DNA of 64,000 bases from a candidate division FCPU426 bacterium (GCA_040756875.1 JBFLYH010000001.1:1212878-1276877), one strand, 5' to 3'; shown: positions 10,060-20,051, counted from the stretch's first letter. The notes: generated by a model from the letters alone, not told the origin. A program made the numbers and translations.

Positions 10060-13000
10060 CGGATCACCACCGCCTTTTTGATTTCCTGGTAGTCCCCGGA
10101 CTTGAAGACCGCCAGGTACACGCCGCTGCCCACGGTCTTGCCGCGGCTGCCCGGCGAGCCGTTGTCGCCGCGCCATTGCACCGCGTGCCTTCCCACGCCC
10201 GGCCGGCCCTCGTACAGCACCGCGACCAGCTCTCCGGCCAGGTTGTACATCTTCAGGCTGACCTCGCTGTTCTCGCGCACGAAGAACTCAAAGGTCGTGT
10301 AAGCATGCTGCCCCAGGCGCAGCGGGTTGGGATAATTCTGCCGCAATTGGTTGAAGGCGCGGTAAACGGTCCAGGCCGCGGTCTGGTCCGCGCTCACCGC
10401 GGTCATCGCCCCTGCGGCCGAATCGCCCGAAAGCGTGGCATTGAGGGTCACCAGGCCCAGGGGCGCGTCCGTGCCCGCGTCCACCTGGAACCCGAGGGTG
10501 ACGCTGCCCTGCGGCCCCACCCAGGCCGGGTTGCCGGCTAGAGGCCGCACGCTGAAGCCGGCCAGCTGGTTGTTGAAGCGCAGGGTGGCGGCCGTGATGG
10601 TCACGGGCATCAGGCTGGTGTTGCGCGCCTCCATACTGACGGGGATCCCGCGCTGCCCCTGGTAGATCTCGCTGGCCGGGCTGGCGACCCGGTCGATGTT
10701 CAAGGCGCCCTGAATCACCTGCAGCAGGCCCGAATCCGCAGCCGCGGCTGTGACCGTGTCCCCGCTGTTGGCGTCCACGCCCTGGACGGAAGTCCGGAAT
10801 TGCAGCGCGCCCACTTCGCCGGCCCGGTAGGTGATCAGGAAATCCTGGCTCCCGCCGCCGGCAATGTCCGCGGACAGGGGTGAATAGGCGGTCACGGTCG
10901 TGGCCGTGGTGGTGCTGGCCGAGGTCAGGACGAGCGGCCCGGGCGTCACGCCGCGCGCCAGGGCCTGGCCGGAATTGACCACGGTCACCGTGATCGCGAA
11001 TTCAGCCAGTCGCTCGGCATTGGCCGGCGTGTTGACAGCCAGGCTCAGTTGGGCCGGCGTCTGGAGGGAGACGGCCGTGGACGTGGCGGACTGCGAAGCG
11101 ATGGCGCCCAGGGTAAAGGAATCGATGCCCAAGGCCTGCGAGGAAAAGGCCAGGGTGCCGGCGGCCGTGGGCAGATAGGTCCAGGTAAAAGACCGCGACT
11201 CGCCGCCCGGAATCAGGGCGTGGGCCGTGGGCGTGGGACCGGACACCCAGGCCGCGGCGCCCGTGCCCGACAGCCCGACGGCTGTGGGCGAAACGCTCAG
11301 GGCGGCCGGGGTGCCGTTGTTGAACACCAGCAGGGTGAACGTCAGCGGCTGCCCCAGGCTGGCGACCGCAGGAGCGATGCCCGCCGTGGCCACGATTTCC
11401 GAGGTGGGCACATGGACGGCCATGACCGCATCCGGGTCCGCCAGGGTGAACGCCTCGGCCGCGATAATGCGGTCGCCTTCGCCCTGGGTGCCCGCGGTCA
11501 CGCTGACCCGGGCCGGCTCGTTGCCGGTTTGCTGCACCGGGCTGTCCAGCGCAAACACGCGGCCGTTGGCGGTCATGTCCTGGGGCGTGAACAGGACGCT
11601 GCTGCCCGTGGCCAGCACGTTGTTGGCGCGCGTGACCACGGCTGCGTACCCGGTTTTTTCCAGCACGCTGTACCAGGGATACACCCGGCTGTCCGCGGCC
11701 ACGGCGCCGCTGCTGGCCGTGGTCGCCTGGACGGTGAACGAAACGCTGAGCGGCGCGTCGATATAGACCGCGGTGCCCAGGCCGGCGCCGGTCAGCACCG
11801 TGACGGCTTTGCCCCCGGCGTCGGTCGCCGTGCTGGAGACGGACAAAGACCCGCCGCCCGAGGTGAAATCGACCTGCTCGCCGGCCAGGCCGTTGCCGTA
11901 CTCGTCCACGACCACGGCCGTGATCGTGACCGGCGACGCGCCGGCCGTCGCGTAGGCCATCAGGTATTTGTCCACGTCCGGCCTGAGGGTGATCAGGGCG
12001 TCCGGCGATCCAACGGCCGTATTGTCGTTGATGGAAACCTGGTCGTATTCCGCATTGGTGCCGAAGGCGAGAAACGCCGCGGCCTGCCGGTTGACGCCCT
12101 GGTCCTGCAGCGGGCCGACGGACACGGTCTTGTCGTTCGCCGTCCGGTCCACGGCCAGGATCTCCTCGATGGGAATGCTGGTGGCCGTGTACGGCATGGT
12201 GTTGAAATATTCATGGACAAAGGCCACGTTCACTTTATGCTCACGGCGGTTGTAGAACGGAACGGCTTTGTAGTAGGCCTGGATGTCCGTTTGGTTGTAG
12301 GTGATCACGTCCACGGGCACGGATTCGAAATCCGAAGTGCTGACCGTAATCTTTTCACCCCAGCCCGAGGCCTGGGTATACAGGGCTTTGACCATGCCGT
12401 TGATGTCGGTTTTGAACCCGCCGGGCGGCGGCGGCTGCAGGGTGCCGTAGGTGCTGGAAAAGGCCACGTTGTATCCGGGCAGGCCGTTGCCGTCCTGGTC
12501 GGTCACCACGCCCACGATGTTGGGCGAACTGCCGTATTCGGCGTAGGCCTGCAGGTACAGCGAGTTCAGGCGCTGGATGGTGATGCGGTCCTCGCAGTCG
12601 TTGGAGGTGCCGAAATTGGCGGTGATCACGTCGCCCACGCTGGGCGTACCGAAAACCAAAAAGGCCGTGCCGACGCGCTGCGGGGTCGAAGACCCGCTCT
12701 GGTCGTAGATATAGCCCTTCTCCAGCAGGCGGTCGTTGGGCGTGTTGTCCAGCACCTGGAGGTTGGCGTTGCCCAGGCCGGCATTCAAGGTCATGACATT
12801 GCGGTCCATGGTGACCACGGCGTGGCGCAGCTGCAGGGTCGTGGGATCGAACCACATGAAGGCTTTGTCCGAGCCGACGTAGTTTTGCCCGGGCGAAGGC
12901 CAGATCACCACCGGCGGCAGGCCCGGTGAAGTGACGGTCACCGTGTTGCCGTAGGCGATCGCGGCCGTGGCCTGGGCCACGGCAAACCCGCCGGCATTGG

Positions 13001-14996
13001 TGACTGCCGGCGCGCTCAGGCTTCCGCCCGTGGTCGCGAAGGTCAAGGCCCGGTTCGACACGCCGTTGCCGTACTGGTCCATGACCACGGCCCAGATTTC
13101 GGGCGTGGTGCCCGTGGTGGCGAAGGCCAGCAGGAACTCGGCCGGGTCCGCGGCCACAGTGAGGTAGCAGTCGTAGCCGGGGTTAGTAAAGGTGGAATTG
13201 AGGCGGAGGATGTCGCCGGCCCCGATGGTGCCGAACCCGGCGTACCCCTGGCAGAATTTGATGGTGGTTTGCGGGCTGAAGTAATAGCTCAGCGAGGCGC
13301 TCACGCCATTGCCGGGCGTCTGGTCAAGCTCATCATAACCCAGCATCTGGGTCTGGGCGAAGGTGTCGGTCATCACGTTGTTTTCCGGCTCCACCAGGGC
13401 GCAGTACACCATGTGCGTGGACGCGTCGTAGAGCCCCAAAACACGGTCCTCGGCCCTCGGCGCCTGCACATCCGAGAGATAGATCGGGATCGCGCCCAGA
13501 CCGGGCGAGGTGACGGTCACCGTGGTGCCGATGGCGCCCGCGGTCACCTGGTTCACGGCCCGGCCCGACCAGCCGGTCACGGTGTTGGCCAGGTCCAGCA
13601 CGCCGCTGCCCTGGAGCGCGAAGCTGACCGGCACGTTGGTCACGGCATTGCCCTCGCCGTCCGTGACCATGGCCCACAGCTTGGGGCTGGTCCCGGGCGC
13701 CGCGCAAGCCATGAGATAGCGCGATTCATTGGCCGGCAGGGTGAGTATGGAATTGGAGTAATACCCCGAGCCGTAGGTTGGGCCGCCCGGATAGCGGTGC
13801 AGGGTGCCGTAGTGGTATATGCGGATCATGTCCCCGGCTTCCGAGCCGCCGGACACCACGAAGCTCGACCCCGGATGCCCGCTGTCCTGTTCGAGGAATT
13901 CCCCGGTATAGGGATAGCGGGCGTCCACGCTCAGTTCCACCACGTCCCGGCGCAGGTCTGCCGTGCTTTGGACCAGCACGTTGCTCTCCTGCTCCAGCAC
14001 CGCGGTGTAGATCCGGCGCGTGGTGCGTTCGAACCAGGAGCACACGAGGCTGGTCGCGCTGAGGGGCACGCTGTCCTGCGTGACGATCGTCACCGGCTGG
14101 GTTTCCGCCAGGTTGGCGCGCACGGTCACCGTATCGCCCAGGGCGCCGCCGGTTTGGTAAAACTGCGCCACGCCCTTGGTGTTGGTGAGCGCGGACCCCG
14201 GGGTCACGCTGCCGGCCGTGGCCGCGGCCGTGATGGTCACGCCCGCGATCCCGCAGCCATTGAGGTCCGTCACCACGGCCGTGATCTCGGGGTCGGCGCC
14301 GCCCGCGGCAAAGGCCGACAGCAGGCGGTTGACGCTCAGGCTGGCGAGGCTCAAACTCGCGTCCGGCGCGCCGGTAATGTCGTCCACATTGACGGTGATG
14401 ACGTTGTTGGTGCTGTACGTGCCCTGATAGACCACGCGGCGGTAGGGCTGGAGGGCGTCCTGCATGAGCACCAGCCCGAAGGTCAGGCGCTTGTTGTCTG
14501 AATCCGAGCTGGCGATGTCGTCGTCATCCACGGACCCGGCGTTGGTCGTGACCATCACCCGGCTGGCCGGATCGACGACCGCCGCGTACACCATGTGGCT
14601 GGCCTCGCCGAACCAGGCTGCCACCGCGTCCGTGGCCGCCACGGCCCGGCCGGCAAAAGCGGTGACCGTGGTGGAAACGCCGGCGCTCGCCTGCCCGCAG
14701 AAAATAGCGACCGTATCGCCGGCCACGCTGCCCGCTATCGCCACGCGCGTGCTGCCGTTCGCGTCCGTCACGGTCGAGGTCAGGCTGGGAAGCCCGGCGC
14801 CCGCGGTCACGCTGATCGAGACCGCCACGCCCTGGCAGCCCAGGCCGTTGGCGTCCGTCACCACGACGGTAACGGCCGGATCCGCGCCGGCCGTGCCAAA
14901 GGCCAGCAGCCGGTAGGGCGCGCCCGAAGCGCCGGCCGTGCCCGCATTCGCCGCCAGCGCGGCCAGTATTATTCCCCATACCATGAGTTGCCGCAT
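10056..14996 (-). CDS. 1646-aa secreted repeat protein (six ~200-aa Ig/invasin-like repeats) with T9SS/FlgD-like C-terminal domain
   Basis: Signal peptide; six repeats starting L.A...G..P....VV.D..G; C-terminus QNYPNP...YNLAGELV...WRG...VGSGVY...KKAVVIR. Confidence 0.75.
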   Translation of the reverse strand: MRQLMVWGIILAALAANAGTAGASGAPYRLLAFGTAGADPAVTVVVTDANGLGCQGVAVSISVTAGAGLPSLTSTVTDANGSTRVAIAGSVAGDTVAIFCGQASAGVSTTVTAFAGRAVAATDAVAAWFGEASHMVYAAVVDPASRVMVTTNAGSVDDDDIASSDSDNKRLTFGLVLMQDALQPYRRVVYQGTYSTNNVITVNVDDITGAPDASLSLASLSVNRLLSAFAAGGADPEITAVVTDLNGCGIAGVTITAAATAGSVTPGSALTNTKGVAQFYQTGGALGDTVTVRANLAETQPVTIVTQDSVPLSATSLVCSWFERTTRRIYTAVLEQESNVLVQSTADLRRDVVELSVDARYPYTGEFLEQDSGHPGSSFVVSGGSEAGDMIRIYHYGTLHRYPGGPTYGSGYYSNSILTLPANESRYLMACAAPGTSPKLWAMVTDGEGNAVTNVPVSFALQGSGVLDLANTVTGWSGRAVNQVTAGAIGTTVTVTSPGLGAIPIYLSDVQAPRAEDRVLGLYDASTHMVYCALVEPENNVMTDTFAQTQMLGYDELDQTPGNGVSASLSYYFSPQTTIKFCQGYAGFGTIGAGDILRLNSTFTNPGYDCYLTVAADPAEFLLAFATTGTTPEIWAVVMDQYGNGVSNRALTFATTGGSLSAPAVTNAGGFAVAQATAAIAYGNTVTVTSPGLPPVVIWPSPGQNYVGSDKAFMWFDPTTLQLRHAVVTMDRNVMTLNAGLGNANLQVLDNTPNDRLLEKGYIYDQSGSSTPQRVGTAFLVFGTPSVGDVITANFGTSNDCEDRITIQRLNSLYLQAYAEYGSSPNIVGVVTDQDGNGLPGYNVAFSSTYGTLQPPPPGGFKTDINGMVKALYTQASGWGEKITVSTSDFESVPVDVITYNQTDIQAYYKAVPFYNRREHKVNVAFVHEYFNTMPYTATSIPIEEILAVDRTANDKTVSVGPLQDQGVNRQAAAFLAFGTNAEYDQVSINDNTAVGSPDALITLRPDVDKYLMAYATAGASPVTITAVVVDEYGNGLAGEQVDFTSGGGSLSVSSTATDAGGKAVTVLTGAGLGTAVYIDAPLSVSFTVQATTASSGAVAADSRVYPWYSVLEKTGYAAVVTRANNVLATGSSVLFTPQDMTANGRVFALDSPVQQTGNEPARVSVTAGTQGEGDRIIAAEAFTLADPDAVMAVHVPTSEIVATAGIAPAVASLGQPLTFTLLVFNNGTPAALSVSPTAVGLSGTGAAAWVSGPTPTAHALIPGGESRSFTWTYLPTAAGTLAFSSQALGIDSFTLGAIASQSATSTAVSLQTPAQLSLAVNTPANAERLAEFAITVTVVNSGQALARGVTPGPLVLTSASTTTATTVTAYSPLSADIAGGGSQDFLITYRAGEVGALQFRTSVQGVDANSGDTVTAAAADSGLLQVIQGALNIDRVASPASEIYQGQRGIPVSMEARNTSLMPVTITAATLRFNNQLAGFSVRPLAGNPAWVGPQGSVTLGFQVDAGTDAPLGLVTLNATLSGDSAAGAMTAVSADQTAAWTVYRAFNQLRQNYPNPLRLGQHAYTTFEFFVRENSEVSLKMYNLAGELVAVLYEGRPGVGRHAVQWRGDNGSPGSRGKTVGSGVYLAVFKSGDYQEIKKAVVIR

Positions 14997-15209
14997 GGAT
15001 CCCCCTCCGCCTTCAACCTTTTTCTATGGAGCCCCCCGGCCGAAGGGCCCGGGGTACCAACTTCGCCCCTTGTTACCCACTCTTGGCGACATCCCTGCAA
15101 CGCTCAAATCGTATTCATCCCCGAGCAAACCTGGGGTTTTCTGCGTTGCAGGGATAACAAAACGCATATTCCTTTATACTCTAAAAACATGCTGCTGTTC
15201 TGTTTTTTT

Positions 15210-16163
15210 TTATACTTCGAACGGATGTTCGCGCTCGAAATCCGGCTGGTAATGGTACGCGCTGTCCAATTGCTGGATCCAGCCGTTTTCCATGCCCAGG
15301 CGGTCCATTTCCTCCAGCACGCGCTCGTACTCCTCCGGCAGCAGCGTGCGTCCGAAATCCGGATGGCCCTGCACCGCCGGAGTGGGCGCATACTGGGACA
15401 TGAGCGACACGTGGACCCGGGGAGACAATTCCTCCGCCAGGAACCGCAGGCACTGCAGGGTGTTCTCGACCTGGCCGGGCAAAACCAGATGCCGGACGAT
15501 CAGGCCCGAACGCACCTGGCCCTGGCCGTCCAGGGCCAGGTCCGCGCCTTTTTGGCGGTACATTTCCAGCAGCGCCCGGCGGGCGACCTCGGGGTAATCC
15601 CCGGCATCCGACCACGCAGCGGCCAGGCTTGGATCCGCATATTTGAAATCCGGCAGATAGACATCCAGGCCGCCTTCCAGCCGGCGCAAAACCTCCATCC
15701 GGTCATAGGCATTGGAGTTGAAAACGAAAACCGGCCGCCGGCCCCGCTGCCGCAGGGTCAGCATGATCGCTTCCATCTGGGGCAGAACATGCGAGGGCGA
15801 GACGAACCCCACTGCCTGCACGCCCTGGTCCAACAGTTTTTCCACCTGCTCGATCACCTGGTCCGGGGCCAGCCCCGGGGCCGGGCCGAGGTTGCGGCTG
15901 ATCTGGTGGTTTTGACAGTATCGGCATTGCAGATTGCAATGCGCGAAAAAAATGTTGCAAATCCCCGTCGGCCCGCTCACGGCCGGCTCCTCGCCCTGAT
16001 GCAGGCAAACCGAAGCCACCGCCCACTCGGCTCCGATCCCGCAGTACCCCAGGCCGCCGTGCAGCCGGTCCGCCCCGCACTGGCGGGGGCAATAGCGGCA
16101 ATTCGCGAGCCCGGGCCAGAGCGGACCCGGCTGAATGGCAAACGGCGTGGTCATGGCTTGCAT
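15210..16163 (-). CDS. Radical SAM protein, PflX-like (putative PFL-activating enzyme family)
   Basis: CRYCPRQC, GEEP, CNLQCRYCQN (CxxxCxxC), YLPDFKY, LIVRHLVLPG, SLMSQY. Confidence 0.85.
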   Translation of the reverse strand: MQAMTTPFAIQPGPLWPGLANCRYCPRQCGADRLHGGLGYCGIGAEWAVASVCLHQGEEPAVSGPTGICNIFFAHCNLQCRYCQNHQISRNLGPAPGLAPDQVIEQVEKLLDQGVQAVGFVSPSHVLPQMEAIMLTLRQRGRRPVFVFNSNAYDRMEVLRRLEGGLDVYLPDFKYADPSLAAAWSDAGDYPEVARRALLEMYRQKGADLALDGQGQVRSGLIVRHLVLPGQVENTLQCLRFLAEELSPRVHVSLMSQYAPTPAVQGHPDFGRTLLPEEYERVLEEMDRLGMENGWIQQLDSAYHYQPDFEREHPFEV

Positions 16164-16176
16164 CCTTGGTGAAGGC

Positions 16177-16563
16177 TTATAATTTCCCGGAATGGTTCAG
16201 CAGGTGGGTGATCCGCACTAACAGGTCGTCCGGATCAAAGGGTTTGGCCAGATAATCGTTGCCGCCGACCGCCAGCCCGCGGGCCACGTCGGCCGGGGTG
16301 GATTTGGCGGTGAGAAAAATGACTTTGATGTGTTCAAGATCAGGCTGCCGCCTGATCGCGGCGCAGACTTCGTAGCCGCTCAGGCCGGGCATCATCACGT
16401 CCAGGACCACCACATCCGCCTGCCACTGCGCCAGCAGTTCCAAAGCCGACTGGCCGTTTCCGACCGTACGCACCTCAAAACCAGAAGACACCAGGCTGAT
16501 TTGCACCAGCCGGGCGATTGCCGGTTCGTCGTCCACCACCAGGATTTTGTGCATCGTGGTCAA
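16177..16563 (-). CDS. Single-domain response regulator (receiver only), paralog of 7032-7406
   Basis: ILVVDDEP, LDVMMP, IFLTA, KPFDP; closely similar to the 7032-7406 protein. Confidence 0.9.
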   Translation of the reverse strand: MTTMHKILVVDDEPAIARLVQISLVSSGFEVRTVGNGQSALELLAQWQADVVVLDVMMPGLSGYEVCAAIRRQPDLEHIKVIFLTAKSTPADVARGLAVGGNDYLAKPFDPDDLLVRITHLLNHSGKL

Positions 16564-16679
16564 ATGAGCGGAATCCCCTTATGCGGATTGGCTTTTCCCC
16601 CGGCCAAACACAGGTCATCAAAACCAACATATCAATTCTCGGCCGTTCAAACAACTGCAAAATGTGCTATATTTAAAAC

Positions 16680-18401
16680 ATGATTCATCCCGGCCGTTCC
16701 TCTCTCTGCGGGCGCTTGCTGCCCGCATTTTTACTGCTGGTCTCCTTTGCCCCGTGCCTGCACGCAGCCTGGTTCGACACCAACTACACGTACAAGCGGC
16801 GCATTACCCTCCAGGCCAGCCAGGTGCCGGACGGCACGTTCGCCGACTTTCCGGTGCTGATTACCGAGGCCAATCTGGACACGGCTTTCTTCTCCCACGT
16901 GCAAAAAAGCACGGCCGACAACCTGGATGTGATTTTCACCGACGGCAACGAAGTCGCGAAACTCGACCGGGAGATCGTGTTGTTCAATGCCGGCGGGCAG
17001 CTGGAAGCCTGGGTGCGCGTGCCCTGGCTGGACGGCACGGCCGACACCGCGCTTTACGTTTATTATGGGTATGCCGGCGCCGACGAACCGAACACCCCCA
17101 CCACCTGGGCTTCCTCCTTCCGCGGCGTCTGGCATTTGCAGCAAACGCCCTCTCTGTCGGTCGCGGACATTCGGGACAGCTCCGTGTACGGGCATCATGG
17201 AACCTCTTGGAACATGGAAACCGGAGACAGCGTTCCCGGCCAGATCGGGCGCAGCCTGAGTTTCGACGGCCTCATGGAATACGTCAACTGCGGCGACAGC
17301 GCCAACCTGCGGATCACGGGCAGCGCAACCCTGTCGGCCTGGATCAACCTGAACGACCCCAACGCCGACCAATACATGCGCATCATATGCAAAAAACCGA
17401 CTTGGGACGCCAGCCAGGGATACAGTTTCGAATGCAATCCCCGCAATCAATACCTTACGGTCCTGGGCAGCGGATCGGACGTGGCGCGCGCCACCAGCGC
17501 CTCCTATTCCACAAACTGGCATTTTGTCACCGGGGTGATCAACGACAAGACCGGGACCCTGTATCTGGACGGCAAGGACATCACCGACGACTCCGGCGTG
17601 GACGCCCTGGTGGCCGGCACGCAGGCCCTGACCATCGCCAAACTCAGCGGCGAAACGGATTATTTCGACGGGCAGCTGGACGAGGTCCGGGTCGCGGCCG
17701 TAGCGCGCGACGCCGACTGGGTGATGGCCGAGTACAACAACCAATCCGACCCCGGGTCCTTTTACACGGTGGCCCCGGAGGAAAACCGCTATACCCCGAC
17801 CATCACGCCCACTTTCACGCGCTCGGCCACAGTCACCCTGACCCTCACGGCCACGGCTTCGCTGACCCCTTCGTATACGCCCACCATTTCCCCCACGCCC
17901 ACGGTCAGCCCCACAAGCACCATCACGCCCACGCGCACGGCGTCAGCCACGGCGTCGGCCTCGCCCACCGTGACCCCCACACCCTCGATCACCCCTTCGC
18001 CCACCCAGTCAAGCACGTCCACCGCCACTCTCACCGCAACCATCTCCCCGACCAGCACCATTTCGCCCACGGCCTCGCCCACTTTCACCCTGACCCCCTC
18101 GCCCACCCTCGATGTGGCGGCCTTGGACCTGGACCGCGTGATCCTCTATCCCAATCCCTACCGCGCGGATTTCAAGCCGCGGCCCGAAGTCACGTTCATC
18201 AACCTGCCGCAGCGCGCCGTGATCCGGATCTACAATGTGAGCGGGAAACTGGTCTGGCAAACGACCAAGGACTCGAACAGCAACCGGCAGACCTGGAACC
18301 TGAACAACGAGCAAGGGAGGCCCGTGGCGTCCGGTGTTTACATCTACAAAATAAAATCCGGCTGGAGGGAGAAGAGCGGCAAACTGGTGTTATTAAGGTG
18401 A
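16680..18401 (+). CDS. Secreted DUF2341-like + LamG-like domain protein with Thr/Pro linker and T9SS-like CTD
   Basis: WF..Y.YKRRITL, DFPVLI, WVRVP, YVYYG; LamG-like FDGQLDEVRV; T/P-rich linker; LYPNPY...YNVSG...VASGVY. Confidence 0.8.
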   Translation: MIHPGRSSLCGRLLPAFLLLVSFAPCLHAAWFDTNYTYKRRITLQASQVPDGTFADFPVLITEANLDTAFFSHVQKSTADNLDVIFTDGNEVAKLDREIVLFNAGGQLEAWVRVPWLDGTADTALYVYYGYAGADEPNTPTTWASSFRGVWHLQQTPSLSVADIRDSSVYGHHGTSWNMETGDSVPGQIGRSLSFDGLMEYVNCGDSANLRITGSATLSAWINLNDPNADQYMRIICKKPTWDASQGYSFECNPRNQYLTVLGSGSDVARATSASYSTNWHFVTGVINDKTGTLYLDGKDITDDSGVDALVAGTQALTIAKLSGETDYFDGQLDEVRVAAVARDADWVMAEYNNQSDPGSFYTVAPEENRYTPTITPTFTRSATVTLTLTATASLTPSYTPTISPTPTVSPTSTITPTRTASATASASPTVTPTPSITPSPTQSSTSTATLTATISPTSTISPTASPTFTLTPSPTLDVAALDLDRVILYPNPYRADFKPRPEVTFINLPQRAVIRIYNVSGKLVWQTTKDSNSNRQTWNLNNEQGRPVASGVYIYKIKSGWREKSGKLVLLR

Positions 18402-18407
18402 GGGCAT

Positions 18408-18540
18408 AGCCCGGGAACGTCTTTTTCAAGCCGCAAAGCGGAAAGGAAAAGTCCACAGCCCTTCGGGCTGCGGGGCGAGACGGTTACGGCCGGGTGCTCC
18501 GCAGTTCCCGTCTGCATCTTGAAAAAGACGTTCCCGGGCT
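18408..18540. repeat. Element bounded by a perfect 23-bp inverted repeat, between convergent genes
   Basis: AGCCCGGGAACGTCTTTTTCAAG (18408-18430) / CTTGAAAAAGACGTTCCCGGGCT (18518-18540); internal hairpin CAGCCC-TTC-GGGCTG; followed by TTCTTTT. Confidence 0.8.
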
Positions 18541-18577
18541 TTCTTTTGCCGCGAAAGGAAAGGGAGGAAGCCGAGAA

Positions 18578-19975
18578 TTACTTATCCAAGTACTCGATAT
18601 ACGCGGAGCCGACGTCGAGGTTGGCCGAAGGCCCGATCACGTAGTAGCGGGCATAATAATAATGTTCGTTGTCTTTGTATAGCGTCAGCGTGGCGTCCTG
18701 CCGGCTGGCGTCGTTCCAGGTCCCGGCCTTGAAATCATACGGCTGGGGCACCACGCGCTGGTCCTGGCTGATGATCTTGCCATCCAGCGTCACCTTCCAC
18801 GCCAGGGTCATGACGATCTGGCCGGCGGCCTGGTTCGGAGCGCCGCTCAGGCTGAACTGGATGTTGGCCTGGTGGTTCACGCGTTCGCCGGCCGCGTTGT
18901 AGAAATAATAATCGAAGGTCTCGTCCACCTTCTGTTCGCCGCGGTACTGGTCCTCCTTGTACACGGTCAGGTGGCGGTCCTGCGAAGGCGTACGGCATTC
19001 CTGAAAACGCGGTTCCAGGTAATTTTTCCCGCGCTTGACCTCGATTTCAGTGAAATACTTGACCTGGTAATTGATGTCGTAATGCAGCACGTGCCGGCCC
19101 GCTTTGATGGGCGTGAGCGAGCGCCGCGTCTCGAGGCTTTTATCCCCTTCCTGCAGGACCTTGGTCTTCCCGTCCAGCATCACGTCTTCGGCGCGCATAT
19201 TCACGAAATACACCTGGGTCTTCTGGATCTGCAGCACGCCGAGCGCGATCCCCGCGCCCACCAGCAGCAGCCCCGCGCTGACGGCCAGGGTCGGCAGGCC
19301 GCCGCGCTGTTTGCGCCCTTTGGCCGGCGGACGCGGCTTGGCGCGCGCCGGATCATAGACTTCGTATATTTCCACGGCCGCGGGGATGCCCTTGAGGAAA
19401 TACCGGCCGTGCTGCTGCCATAGGGCCTGGGGGCCGCCATGGGAAGCCAGCCAGCCTTTGGCGCTGTCGAACACCGAATACGTGAGATACACCTGTCCGC
19501 CGTCGGCCAGGCCCTCCACCCGCGAAGCGCGGTTCACGTGCCGGCCGAACAGGTCCAGGTTGATTTCGTTCTCAACGGCCACCTGGCCCATGTCCAGTCC
19601 GATGCGCACCTCGATGTCCGCCAGCTCCGGATGGCCGGCGTTGAAGCCGCGCAGTGCATCCTGGATCTTCAGGGCCCGGGCCACGGCTGTGGAGGGTTCG
19701 GAAAACACGGCCATAATGGCGTCGCCGATGTGCTTGACCACCAGCCCGCCCCCGTTCTCCTCGATGATCGGCACCAGCACGCGGTCGTGCGCCTCCCGGA
19801 CCAGGGAGGAATACTGCTCTCCGTGCTCCTCGGTCAGGCGGGTGAACCCCTTGATGTCCGTGAACATGATGGTCAAAACAGAGGTGTCTTTGAGCTTGCG
19901 GTAGCGGTTGACTGAATCGAGTTCGTTCGCGGAGATGGACAGCGGGGCGTCCGGCGGGGTCGGCTGGTCGGGCAT
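18578..19975 (-). CDS. Class III adenylate/guanylate cyclase with C-terminal TM helix and extracytoplasmic domain
   Basis: MFTDIKGFT, VVKHIGDAIMA, VRIGL, DLFGRHVNRASRVEG, LKG; TM helix LAVSAGLLLVGAGIALGVL. Confidence 0.88.
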   Translation of the reverse strand: MPDQPTPPDAPLSISANELDSVNRYRKLKDTSVLTIMFTDIKGFTRLTEEHGEQYSSLVREAHDRVLVPIIEENGGGLVVKHIGDAIMAVFSEPSTAVARALKIQDALRGFNAGHPELADIEVRIGLDMGQVAVENEINLDLFGRHVNRASRVEGLADGGQVYLTYSVFDSAKGWLASHGGPQALWQQHGRYFLKGIPAAVEIYEVYDPARAKPRPPAKGRKQRGGLPTLAVSAGLLLVGAGIALGVLQIQKTQVYFVNMRAEDVMLDGKTKVLQEGDKSLETRRSLTPIKAGRHVLHYDINYQVKYFTEIEVKRGKNYLEPRFQECRTPSQDRHLTVYKEDQYRGEQKVDETFDYYFYNAAGERVNHQANIQFSLSGAPNQAAGQIVMTLAWKVTLDGKIISQDQRVVPQPYDFKAGTWNDASRQDATLTLYKDNEHYYYARYYVIGPSANLDVGSAYIEYLDK

Positions 19976-20051
19976 GGGGCGCGTTCCTCCAACGGTCAGG
20001 GTGGGTTGCTCCCGGAATGCTGCAAACTATTTCGACGGCCTCTCCTGGCGC

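Noticed and set aside
18440-18475. RNase P RNA-like GGAAAAGTCC motif
   Set aside because: Imperfect match, region far too short, and other conserved RNase P segments are absent.
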